Of a stretch of 39,200 nt of DNA, positions 1-8,916 are shown piece by piece (position 1 is the first letter of the stretch; every line of letters begins with the position of its first letter). The stretch lies in the IMG/VR virus record IMGVR_UViG_3300015360_001243, positions 113,999 to 153,198 of that record. One strand, written 5' to 3'. The notes beneath the pieces were generated by a model. The model did no database searches. It was not told where the DNA came from and saw only the letters and a program-made list of their open reading frames with translations. Source of the DNA: a virus. Taxonomy: Duplodnaviria > Heunggongvirae > Uroviricota > Caudoviricetes. The translations under genes and the position numbers were made by a program.

Positions 1-1
1 A

Positions 2-244
2 GCGCTAAGTATCCATGGCCCTTTCTTTAAGAAGCGTAAACAAATTGTAGAAAATACAAGAACACTGTCGCTGACTAATCAAACTAAAAAGGCTGTGTAC
101 AATGATTGGATGGTTAATGCTTTCATTCTCAAAGAGCCAGTCGACCAGGCATATTTAGTCTTTATCAAAAGGGTAGACGGAAAAAAGCTACCCATTCCAA
201 GAGGAATTATTACAGTTCCCATTTCCGATCTGAGGTTTGACTGA
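2..244 (+). CDS. 3' end of a hypothetical protein (truncated by window edge)
   Basis: Open frame from base 2 (ALSIHGPFFKKRK...VPISDLRFD) ends at TGA 242-244, which overlaps the next ATG (TGATG coupling). Not in the ORF track. Confidence 0.7.
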   Translation, partial: ALSIHGPFFKKRKQIVENTRTLSLTNQTKKAVYNDWMVNAFILKEPVDQAYLVFIKRVDGKKLPIPRGIITVPISDLRFD

Positions 245-597
245 TGTTTACTAAGGCATTTTTAAAGAAGATTAAAGAGCAGTTATTGCAAGAGAAAGAA
301 GTTCTATCAGGAAAGGCCGTCCATCGTGCGGATATAGACACTGACGGAGATGAGACGGATGAAGTCCAAGGAAACATGTTGATTGAATTAGAGAATCAAC
401 TTAATTCTAGGAACAATCAAAAGCTAAGTCAAATTAATGACGCTCTCAAAAAGTTAGCAGATAAAACTTACGGATTATGTCAGGAATGCGAAGAAGATAT
501 TCCGGAAAAAAGATTGCTTCTTAACCCATATTTTGTAATATGTGTCTCCTGCGCCGAAGAACGTGAAACAGAAACCAAACAAAGAAAGAGGTTCTGA
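244..597 (+). CDS. dksA: DksA/TraR-family C4 zinc-finger RNA polymerase regulator
   Basis: Coiled-coil tip GDETDEV (DxxD), INDALKKLADKTYGLCQECEEDIPEKRL and CVSC zinc finger; 117 aa. Confidence 0.9.
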   Translation: MFTKAFLKKIKEQLLQEKEVLSGKAVHRADIDTDGDETDEVQGNMLIELENQLNSRNNQKLSQINDALKKLADKTYGLCQECEEDIPEKRLLLNPYFVICVSCAEERETETKQRKRF

Positions 598-599
598 AA

Positions 600-1184
600 T
601 TGAATACCATTGTAACTGAAACAACTGAACATGGCGAAATGCCAGTTGATGTTTATCAAAAACTATCTAACGATCGTATTCTTTTCATCTGCCATGAAAT
701 TGATGACCATCTGGCGGCAGATATTACCGCAACTTTGTTATTGAAAGATTCGGAAGATTCAACTAGAAAGATCACTTTATTTATCAATTCACAAGGTGGA
801 GACGTTCGAAACGCTTTCATGATTTGTGATATGATGGGAATGATTGAAGCTCCTATCGAAACAGTCTGCATCGGAGCTGCCATGAACGAGGCCGCTTTGA
901 TTCTTGCCTCGGGCACACCCGGTTGCCGCTTTGCCACCAAGAACGCAATCATCGCCTCTAGTCAACTTTCCCACGATTATTTCTCGCGAGGCAATTTAAC
1001 TGACGCTAAGAAGTTACTTGATTTGAGCTTAGGTGATAACAAGCGAATGATGGAGCTTCTATCACGAACTACTGGCAAGACTATGAAGCAAGTGACTGCC
1101 GATTTTGATCGTCAGGTGTTTATGACTTCTCAGCAAGCCGCTCGTTATGGTTTAATTGATAAAGTTGTTACATTTAGTAAATAA
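600..1184 (+). CDS. clpP: ClpP-family protein lacking the catalytic triad (ClpR-like)
   Basis: TTG start; DVYQKLSNDRILF, LFINSQGG, TVCIG, YGLIDKV are ClpP motifs; triad positions read N96, S121, Q172 instead of S/H/D. Confidence 0.85.
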   Translation: MNTIVTETTEHGEMPVDVYQKLSNDRILFICHEIDDHLAADITATLLLKDSEDSTRKITLFINSQGGDVRNAFMICDMMGMIEAPIETVCIGAAMNEAALILASGTPGCRFATKNAIIASSQLSHDYFSRGNLTDAKKLLDLSLGDNKRMMELLSRTTGKTMKQVTADFDRQVFMTSQQAARYGLIDKVVTFSK

Positions 1185-1193
1185 GGTAAGACT

Positions 1194-1778
1194 ATGAAGA
1201 ATCATGATCATGAACCGATGCGCGCCCCGCTCTTAATGGGGTATGCTGACACGTATGTCAAACTGGCTAAAAACCGTATCCTATTTGTTGCTGAAGGCGT
1301 TGATGATACTATGGCGGCCCAATTGTCTGCCATGTTACTATATTTAGATAATGAAGATCATGATAATCCAATTGAAATGTATATTCATTCCAATGGTGGG
1401 CATGTAACCGGATTGGCCAATATCTATGACGTCATGCAAATGATTAAAGCGCCTATCAAAACTGTTTGTATTGGTAAGTGTTACTCAGCCGCCGCAGTCT
1501 TGCTTGCTGCCGGAACGAAGGGCATGCGCTATGCCTTTAGGAATTCCAGCGTAATGATTCATGGAATCCAGTTTGGTTTCCCTATTCCCGGTCATGATAT
1601 GACGAGTTCTAAGAGTTATTTTGATTTTGTCAATAGCAATAATGATAATATTATGAAAATGTTAGCATCTCATACCGGGCATACTTTGGAAAAGGTAAAG
1701 GCCGATTGTAAGGAAGATGTTTGGTTGACGGCTGAAGGAGCTAAAGCTTACGGTATTATTGACCATATTGTTGGTTAA
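1194..1778 (+). CDS. clpP: ATP-dependent Clp protease proteolytic subunit, intact triad
   Basis: NRILF, MYIHSNGG, TVCIGKCYSAAA (S98), VMIHG (H123), EDVWL (D175), AYGIIDHI. Confidence 0.92.
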   Translation: MKNHDHEPMRAPLLMGYADTYVKLAKNRILFVAEGVDDTMAAQLSAMLLYLDNEDHDNPIEMYIHSNGGHVTGLANIYDVMQMIKAPIKTVCIGKCYSAAAVLLAAGTKGMRYAFRNSSVMIHGIQFGFPIPGHDMTSSKSYFDFVNSNNDNIMKMLASHTGHTLEKVKADCKEDVWLTAEGAKAYGIIDHIVG

Positions 1779-1802
1779 ATAGAATTTGTTGTGGAGTGAC
1801 AG

Positions 1803-1821
1803 AGGCCCTTTTGGGCCTTTT
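1803..1821 (+). terminator. Rho-independent terminator after the clpP pair
   Basis: AGGCCC-TTTT-GGGCCT hairpin followed by TTT, 25 nt after the clpP stop. Confidence 0.65.
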
Positions 1822-1872
1822 GTCGTTTTAGAATTCAAATTAGGTGGAATAGCAATATTTTCCTATATCTTT

Positions 1873-3447
1873 ATGCTTAAAGTGGCCCGTAAACCATCTA
1901 CAGATCCGGTTCAGGAGAAGTTGAGGAACAATAAAGCCTTGTGGAACAAGGAAATTTCTGTTTTCATCAACGACCTAATCCATTTGAAAAAGACGATGAA
2001 TGGCTGGCCCTCCAAGTTCTATCAAGAGAAATCTTTTATTAAGGAACCTATTCCTGCTGATCCTGTTAGCATTTTAGGAGTTTTAACGGGCGACTTCCAA
2101 GAAATTGCTCAAAAGGGCAATGGCATCGTTCAAGAGCAATTGAATTATGCTAAGACTCGCCGTAAGAAACAACCAAAGCAACTAAATTTACCATTAGGTC
2201 AACCACAGCCTAAGCCAACGACAGAGCCAGCGGCTCCGGAGCCAGATTTGTCACAACAACTTGCCCTTCCTAGTGTAGCTTCTCAAGAATCTGATTTAGT
2301 TAAAGTAGCATCTAAATTTGAAGATAAGTACTCTTTTGAAAAAGAGGCTTCTAACGTTTTCACTCGTTTCTTTACGAAATTATTTAATCCAACTATTGGA
2401 TTTGGAGATAAAGCAGATCTACGTAGAGCCAGAATGGCTATGTTGGATTCCGCCGCCACTTCCTATAAAGGTCTTGCATATTTTCAAGCAACAGTCGTTA
2501 AATCTTCTAAAGATAGTATTCATGTCGCTCAAAAGCAACTTGATGAAGTGTGGAACAATTGGAATTTAGTATCTAAACCTTATGCCATTTTTAAAGCTAG
2601 TAAATCTATCAATGCCCCAGATAAAGGCGGTACGATTGAATCACTAATCAATAAAGATAATGATACAGAAGAAAAAATTCTTGAAAAAACTCACGAAGGA
2701 TTAGAAGATATTTCTCCTGAAGAGGCTGCTGAAGAAGTATCAGAACAAAGCAATAGACCACGTTCTCCTCAAGTAGATCCTATCTACAGGTTAGAGGTTG
2801 TTAAGAATATGGCCGCCGACTACAGGAATTACTATCCACTTTTAGCTTCCTATAATCTTGATGGTGGTGGATATCTTTACGAACTCGATGCTGCCGTTGA
2901 TAAGCTTGTTGCTACTAAAGGGAAAGTTATAACCCCAGATTTTAATATGTTCTATGAAAAGGCTGTTAGATATAGTAATCAAGAATTAGGAACTACTGCT
3001 AATAGTTTTAGGGAAATGGTTAGTCAACTAAAGGCCCGCGCTAAACAACAGTTGAAACCACAACCTGCTATCAAGCCTGTACCAGTTACTCCTGCTGTTG
3101 TTGAAGATGCTCCACCAGATACTTTAGATCCAACAAAAACTGCAATGGAAAAAACTGCTCAAAAATTCCTACAAAAGTGGTTTGGCAAAACCAGACATCA
3201 ACTCAGTATGTTTGATAAAACATCTTCTAATAGACTTAATTGTTTTAAGATGGCAGAAGAATTAAGAAAAGAAATTAATAACATAATGAATGAGTTAGAA
3301 AAGGGTCTTGATCAAGAGAAATTAGATCCGCTTATGAAGAACGCTCAAAGTAAAATGACTATTTTAAGAGGCTTGATGAGATCATTACATTTATCTCTTC
3401 AATTAGCTGAGAAATCTAAGAAGCCCCAAAAACCTAAGAAGAAGTAA
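1873..3447 (+). CDS. Hypothetical protein (524 aa), helical and Pro-rich segments
   Basis: Long ORF; ATG 1873 (MLKVARK) preferred over TTG 1786 because the upstream stretch spans the terminator hairpin. No family recognised. Confidence 0.8.
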   Translation: MLKVARKPSTDPVQEKLRNNKALWNKEISVFINDLIHLKKTMNGWPSKFYQEKSFIKEPIPADPVSILGVLTGDFQEIAQKGNGIVQEQLNYAKTRRKKQPKQLNLPLGQPQPKPTTEPAAPEPDLSQQLALPSVASQESDLVKVASKFEDKYSFEKEASNVFTRFFTKLFNPTIGFGDKADLRRARMAMLDSAATSYKGLAYFQATVVKSSKDSIHVAQKQLDEVWNNWNLVSKPYAIFKASKSINAPDKGGTIESLINKDNDTEEKILEKTHEGLEDISPEEAAEEVSEQSNRPRSPQVDPIYRLEVVKNMAADYRNYYPLLASYNLDGGGYLYELDAAVDKLVATKGKVITPDFNMFYEKAVRYSNQELGTTANSFREMVSQLKARAKQQLKPQPAIKPVPVTPAVVEDAPPDTLDPTKTAMEKTAQKFLQKWFGKTRHQLSMFDKTSSNRLNCFKMAEELRKEINNIMNELEKGLDQEKLDPLMKNAQSKMTILRGLMRSLHLSLQLAEKSKKPQKPKKK

Positions 3448-3448
3448 T

Positions 3449-3856
3449 ATGGAAAACGGATTTATCTTTTTAGACACTAATGTATTTCCAACTCTTTTTG
3501 CTATTTCAGAAGAAGAGCAAGCTAAAGGTTTAATGAAGAGAGACTGGCCACCTCCAGTTATGTCTTTCATTTACGGTTCTCCTAGAGTCACTCAGTTTTG
3601 GATGAAGAATACTCCAAGCCCTCTTGATATTATTTTTTCTTGCAATGGTGTTATTACGCAAATCTGTAGAGGGGAACCCTGGTCTACGGATCTAGTTGGA
3701 GATTATCGACCAAGTGACTTGGTGGTAGAGTTACCATTTGGCACGGCTCTTGCATCCGGTATCAAGGTAGGACACAAGGTAGGCTTGGTCAAACCCACGT
3801 ACGACGAATTGAAAAGAATTGTTGCCGCCAAATATAACGGTATTATAAAAATTTAA
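3449..3856 (+). CDS. DUF192 family protein
   Basis: KGLM...FWMKNTPSPLDIIF...VVELPFG...GIKVG signature of DUF192. Confidence 0.85.
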   Translation: MENGFIFLDTNVFPTLFAISEEEQAKGLMKRDWPPPVMSFIYGSPRVTQFWMKNTPSPLDIIFSCNGVITQICRGEPWSTDLVGDYRPSDLVVELPFGTALASGIKVGHKVGLVKPTYDELKRIVAAKYNGIIKI

Positions 3857-3861
3857 GGTCC

Positions 3862-3889
3862 TTGCCTTCATTATTTTTATGATTACTAT
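3862..3889 (+). promoter_or_regulatory. Candidate sigma70-type promoter giving a leaderless mRNA
   Basis: TTGCCT-16 nt-TACTAT, then 7 nt to ATG 3897; no Shine-Dalgarno in between. Confidence 0.4.
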
Positions 3890-3896
3890 GTGAAAC

Positions 3897-4883
3897 ATGG
3901 ATGCAATTCATGACTTCAACCACATTCTCAAGTCTTTCAATATTAAGGCTACCTGTGTCAACTACAGTCAGGTAGATAGCTATTTCTATTATGATTTGAA
4001 GCTTAATCCGAATGCTAGGGTTCGAGATATCCAGAAGTATAGCGATGAGATCTCTCTTGCGCTCAAGACTCCTTGTAAGCCTAGCGTTAAGGTACTTCAT
4101 AGCGAGGGAGTTGTCCGCTTGGAATTTGCTGGTCCCCGGACGAAGGTGCTCAAGCTATTTGATTATTTTACTAACGATAAGGTTCCTACCGGCCAAATTA
4201 ACTGTCTGTTGGGACAAACTGTTGAGGGTCAGAGAATGTGGATGGACTTAGCGACTAATCCGCACATGCTTATCTCTGGAACCACTGGCTCTGGAAAGAG
4301 TGTTCTTCTTCACAACATTATCGCCAACTTGTTGAACTACAACAATGTTGATCTATATCTTATCGATCCTAAGAGGATTGAATTTTCGGGGTATGAGAGT
4401 ATTGAAAAAATTAATGTTTCATACACCTATGAAGATGCGGTCTCTTTGCTTGAGGGTATGCTCCAAGTAATGGAAGATCGATACAATAGAATGAGACTGG
4501 GACAGAATCCTGCGTCTATCAAACCGATAGTTATTATTATCGACGAATTTGCAGACCTCATTTTACAAGACAAGAATGATGTGTTCTACACTTCACTTTG
4601 TCGATTGGCACAGAAATGTAGGGCTGCTAAGATTCATATTGTCCTGGCTACTCAACGTCCCTCTGTCAATATCATCAACGGTGTCATTAAAGCTAACTTT
4701 CCGGCTCGTATCGCATGTCGAGTGGCCAGCCATGTTGACTCTAAAGTTATTTTGGATTCTTCAGGGGCTGAAAATTTGCTTGGCAAGGGCGATGCTCTTG
4801 TTCGTGACAACTCTAGGTTCTTAGAACGATTTCAGATTGCATATACAGATGCGGCTGAAGTCTGTTCTATATTCGGTGTATAA
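3897..4883 (+). CDS. ftsK: FtsK/SpoIIIE-family ATPase (motor domain only)
   Basis: PHMLISGTTGSGKS Walker A, LIDPK, IIIDEFADL Walker B, LATQRPS, GAENLLGKGDAL; no membrane anchor or gamma domain. Confidence 0.88.
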   Translation: MDAIHDFNHILKSFNIKATCVNYSQVDSYFYYDLKLNPNARVRDIQKYSDEISLALKTPCKPSVKVLHSEGVVRLEFAGPRTKVLKLFDYFTNDKVPTGQINCLLGQTVEGQRMWMDLATNPHMLISGTTGSGKSVLLHNIIANLLNYNNVDLYLIDPKRIEFSGYESIEKINVSYTYEDAVSLLEGMLQVMEDRYNRMRLGQNPASIKPIVIIIDEFADLILQDKNDVFYTSLCRLAQKCRAAKIHIVLATQRPSVNIINGVIKANFPARIACRVASHVDSKVILDSSGAENLLGKGDALVRDNSRFLERFQIAYTDAAEVCSIFGV

Positions 4884-6229
4884 TGGAAGCTAGCTCTCAT
4901 AATTTATTGGATATTGATTCGCTTATCGAAGAATTCTTAGAGAAGCATGCAAAAGGTATTCAAACTATTCATCGCGTCTATCATCATGATAGCAATGAAT
5001 TAGGTGTTCGTGCGTTCGTAGCCGAATTAATGGAAGAGTTAAGGACGGGCTGCGTTACCTTCTTGAATAAGGATTCACCCATCGACGAGTTGAATCCTTA
5101 TCTCTTTTATATTGTCAATGCTGTTGCCAAGAAAAAAGCAGCTCCGCAAGTTAAAAAAATAACTGAATATCTATGCCCCGGTTGTCTTTTTTTAGGTAAA
5201 GAAAATCTAACAACTATGGTTAACAAGTTGTTTCGTTGTGACGATTGTGAGGGCGAATTAAAGGCAACTACTGATCCAAAGAAAGTGTTGTTCTTTAGAA
5301 CTTTTTTCAAACACAACAAAGCCGGCTATCATTGCGGGGAGTGCTCTAGATTTATTCCACATCCTTTGGATGAGGCGCCAATTATTTCGTGCCCCTACTA
5401 TGATTGTTGTTTTGTGGGCTCTTGGTCGTCTCTTGGGAGGATGCATCACCCCACTTCTCAGAGTAATGCCGAGGTGGTTACCCTTGACGCTTCATTAAAA
5501 AATGGAAGCACGTTCAAGGATATGGTGGCCTCTGAAGGGCCCGATGCTCAGGTACAAATGGAGAATGAAGAAGACCTAATTAACAAGGTCTCCATTTTGA
5601 GAAACGTGATTGATTCTCAAAGCAATAGCGTTTCTTATAGTAGTTCTGATTTTACTATCAAACACAAGCATTTAGTCTATGAAGCTTTCGCTAACCTACT
5701 CAAAAAATACCCTCAAGATATAGTTGATTACCTTTTTAACGGAAGTTATAATGGGTTTCAACATAGAGTATTTCAAGAATACATTAGACTTTTAGAGTGC
5801 TCATTGCCGTTTTCATTTAAGAAGGCTGGTGAAATGCAAATAGTTTCATCTCTATTAGATAATAACTTGAATTTATTTGATGGTATTAGTGTGTTTAATG
5901 GAGCAGTAAATGATAAGATGTCCATTAAGAATGAAACAAAAGAATTTTACATTGGTGGGCGTAAAGGAACTATCGCAAAGCCATTTTATATTGGTAAATT
6001 GTTGAGTGTAGCGGATGCAAAAACAAAAGATCCATTAAATGATCATGTGGTTGGTTACAGTTTTTCCAAAATTAAGATGCGGGATATAGTACCTGGGACT
6101 GAAGTAGTGGTCTCACATTTACGAGTACCCCCTCATTACCAAATGGGAGGGATGGTTTACGTCAATAGAATTCGTAAAAAGATTGTGGACCGTGCTCAAT
6201 CTTTACTAACCAAGAGCATCGATGATTAA
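4883..6229 (+). CDS. Hypothetical protein, possible divergent sigma factor with zinc-binding insert
   Basis: 448-aa ORF. N-terminus resembles ECF region 2 (LNPYLFYIVNAVAK), four Cys pairs follow, then VTLDASLKNGSTFKDMV resembling the sigma 3.2 linker. The ORF is solid; the sigma call is tentative. Confidence 0.5.
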   Translation: MEASSHNLLDIDSLIEEFLEKHAKGIQTIHRVYHHDSNELGVRAFVAELMEELRTGCVTFLNKDSPIDELNPYLFYIVNAVAKKKAAPQVKKITEYLCPGCLFLGKENLTTMVNKLFRCDDCEGELKATTDPKKVLFFRTFFKHNKAGYHCGECSRFIPHPLDEAPIISCPYYDCCFVGSWSSLGRMHHPTSQSNAEVVTLDASLKNGSTFKDMVASEGPDAQVQMENEEDLINKVSILRNVIDSQSNSVSYSSSDFTIKHKHLVYEAFANLLKKYPQDIVDYLFNGSYNGFQHRVFQEYIRLLECSLPFSFKKAGEMQIVSSLLDNNLNLFDGISVFNGAVNDKMSIKNETKEFYIGGRKGTIAKPFYIGKLLSVADAKTKDPLNDHVVGYSFSKIKMRDIVPGTEVVVSHLRVPPHYQMGGMVYVNRIRKKIVDRAQSLLTKSIDD

Positions 6230-6665
6230 AGAATATAAACCTCAAATAATTAAAGTTCGTCTATCTACACCTATAATGGCGCGCACACGATGCAAATATT
6301 GCGCAGGACTTCCTGAAATATATTACTTTTTAAGAAATCCCACAATGTGGTTTAGTCCTAGAAGAGCGCTAGACCAAGCCGCTTATATTAAGCAGCTTCT
6401 GGAAATTATTAGGAAGCATGGATTTATGGATGAACCGAAGCAATTTACTTCGGTTTCCTTTCTATCACATGATGTTATATACGCCAAGTACCGCCCCCGC
6501 ATGCATCGCACGCTTGGCAGTAATGCAGCATTTGATATTGTAGAGTTTTTAACTTGCGCTTGTATGCGAAGCTCTTGGGCTTTTTCAGATAAGTCCGTTA
6601 GCAATAGACCGGAAATTACCTGTCGAAAAGCTAAGGGGAGATTCCCAACTAAATTTGAGTTTTAG
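6222..6665 (+). CDS. Hypothetical protein with Cys motifs
   Basis: 147-aa ORF overlapping upstream stop; CKYC and CAC motifs; only TAG-ended gene called here. Confidence 0.7.
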   Translation: MIKEYKPQIIKVRLSTPIMARTRCKYCAGLPEIYYFLRNPTMWFSPRRALDQAAYIKQLLEIIRKHGFMDEPKQFTSVSFLSHDVIYAKYRPRMHRTLGSNAAFDIVEFLTCACMRSSWAFSDKSVSNRPEITCRKAKGRFPTKFEF

Positions 6666-7069
6666 AAGTGTAATATATTGAGCTTATTTTTAACCTGAGA
6701 CTCAAGAGTATTAAAGTCATCAGCTAATTCTTCGAATAATTTCCATTGTCTATCGATTAATTTATAGCAAGAGTAGTAAGATAACCTAGCTATAGTATCA
6801 TAGTAATCTTTGCTGGCGTGATGAAGGTGGCTTGGGGCTAAAGTATTGGCGAAAAAAATCCAATCCCCTAAATTCTGGTAGGTTAAAAAATCTTGATTGT
6901 TACGGGCTTGCGCAAACAGGATGGTGACACTATCTTTACTGAGATCGAATTGCGCGGATTTGTATTTTCCGTAAATGCTAATAATGTAAGCTTTGGTGTC
7001 TCGATGACACTCTAGATCAGTTAGTAATTCTTCGAATAAGTTTGTAATGTTCTTGTGAGCAATATCCAT
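6662..7069 (-). CDS. Hypothetical protein (helical), divergent from topA
   Basis: ORF fills the gap between 6665 and topA; ATG 7069 (MDIAHK) preferred because the 7117 start overlaps topA. Confidence 0.7.
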   Translation of the reverse strand: MDIAHKNITNLFEELLTDLECHRDTKAYIISIYGKYKSAQFDLSKDSVTILFAQARNNQDFLTYQNLGDWIFFANTLAPSHLHHASKDYYDTIARLSYYSCYKLIDRQWKLFEELADDFNTLESQVKNKLNILHF

Positions 7070-7100
7070 TGAAATATATGAGAATATTGATGGAGTATAT

Positions 7101-8888
7101 ATGAAAACGTTAGTCATTGTGGAATCTCCTGCTAAAGGACAAAAGATTCAAGAGTATCTCGGAAAAGATTTCATTGTTATGGCTAGCAAAGGTCATATTA
7201 CTGATTTAGCTAAAGGCGGGATTCATGGCCTAGGAGTTGATGTTGATAACAACTTCAAACCTAGATACGTTCTATCAGAAGATCGATTTGAGATTATGGA
7301 TGCCCTTCTAGCTACAGCTAAGAAAGTTGATCGTATCCTAGTTGCAAGCGACCCCGATCGAGAAGGAGAAGCCATTGCGTGGCATCTTGCCGATCGTCTT
7401 GCTGATACTGGCAAGCCAATCAAGCGCATGGTCTTCAATAAGATTAAGAAGGATGCCCTCCAGAAGGCTCTTAAAGAGGTTCGTGATATCGATATCAATC
7501 TCTTCCACTCCCAAGAGGCAAGGCGCATCCTGGACCGTTTGGTGGGCTTTATGGCCTCTCCATTCCTGATGAATTTCTTCGGCCCCAAACTATCGGCTGG
7601 CCGCGTCCAATCTGTTGTTACACGTATGGTCATTGACCGTGAACGAGAAATTGAAAATTTCGTCCCAGAAGACTTCTGGACAATTCAAACCAAACTAACT
7701 ACTCTTAGTGGTGAAAGTTTTGTTGCCAAATATACTGGTCGTCTTACAGTTTTAGTTGATGCGAATGCCGCCAAAGCAGGACTTAATACTAAAGATTACG
7801 TTATCTCTGAGGTTATCTCTGCGGAGGAGAAGCGAAGCCCACAAGCCCCACTTGTTACTTCAACCCTTCAACGAATTATGTCCAAGAACCATGGATTTGA
7901 TGCCGAACGTACCATGAAGGCCGCTCAAGCTCTTTACGAGAGTGGTTATGTTTCCTACATTAGAACTGACTCAGTTAGAGTTGGTGATGAAGATATTGAA
8001 GCTGTTCGTCAATGGTTAAAAGTCAATAAATATGCAGTTCCTTCCAAGCCTAATACATTCAAAAATAAGGATGCAGTTCAGGATGCTCATGAATGTATTC
8101 ATCCCACTGATTTGGATTTGAAGCCTGGTGCGCAATATGCAATCATTGATCCAGATGAGAAGCTTGTATATGAGACTATTTGGAAGAGCTTCATTGCTAG
8201 TCAGATGCCTTCGGCAGTTTATGACACGCTAAGTGTGACGGCTCACCCTCAAGGTGATATGAAGTTTAAAGTAAAAGCTGGCGGCAAGGCCCTAAAAGAT
8301 AAGGGTTATCTTCAAATGTTCGGCGTTGATGATGGCGAGGGGATTGATATTCCTGCTCTCAAAGTTGGCGATATTGTTACTTTGACTGGTACAGGCGCTC
8401 TCAAAATGGAGAAGAAGTCTACTCAACCACCTCCTCGTTTCTCTGAGGATAAGTTGATTAAGGAATTGGTCAATAAGAATATTGGACGACCAGCTACTTA
8501 TGCAGATCTTCTAAGCAAGATTTGCGCTCGTCTCTATGTAGAGAAGAAGGGTAGCGTCTATCATGCTACTGATTTAGGTAAGAAGATTACCGATGAATTA
8601 GTCAACTATTTTACATTTATGGATTACAACTACACCGCTAATATGGAACAACAGCTCGATGAAGTTGAAAGTGGAAAAGTAAATCATATTGACATGCTAA
8701 AAAAGTTTTTCCCAGAATTCAAGAACGAATTGAATAAGGCATATCTAGGTCATGGCGGAACTCTTTGCAGTAAGTGCGGAAGTCCAATGTCCGTCCGCTC
8801 TACAAAGACTGGCGACAAGTTTATGGGCTGTTCAGCCTTCCCCAAGTGTCGTAACACATTCCAGATTAATGCATCTCCTGCCGCGTAA
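7101..8888 (+). CDS. topA: Type IA DNA topoisomerase I
   Basis: LVIVESPAK, ASDPDREGEAIAWH (Toprim), SAGRVQS, SYIRTDS (active Tyr), one C-terminal zinc ribbon (CSKC...GCSAFPKC); SD GGAG. Confidence 0.96.
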   Translation: MKTLVIVESPAKGQKIQEYLGKDFIVMASKGHITDLAKGGIHGLGVDVDNNFKPRYVLSEDRFEIMDALLATAKKVDRILVASDPDREGEAIAWHLADRLADTGKPIKRMVFNKIKKDALQKALKEVRDIDINLFHSQEARRILDRLVGFMASPFLMNFFGPKLSAGRVQSVVTRMVIDREREIENFVPEDFWTIQTKLTTLSGESFVAKYTGRLTVLVDANAAKAGLNTKDYVISEVISAEEKRSPQAPLVTSTLQRIMSKNHGFDAERTMKAAQALYESGYVSYIRTDSVRVGDEDIEAVRQWLKVNKYAVPSKPNTFKNKDAVQDAHECIHPTDLDLKPGAQYAIIDPDEKLVYETIWKSFIASQMPSAVYDTLSVTAHPQGDMKFKVKAGGKALKDKGYLQMFGVDDGEGIDIPALKVGDIVTLTGTGALKMEKKSTQPPPRFSEDKLIKELVNKNIGRPATYADLLSKICARLYVEKKGSVYHATDLGKKITDELVNYFTFMDYNYTANMEQQLDEVESGKVNHIDMLKKFFPEFKNELNKAYLGHGGTLCSKCGSPMSVRSTKTGDKFMGCSAFPKCRNTFQINASPAA

Positions 8889-8916
8889 AGAAAGAAAGAA
8901 CGAGCACACATAGGAA

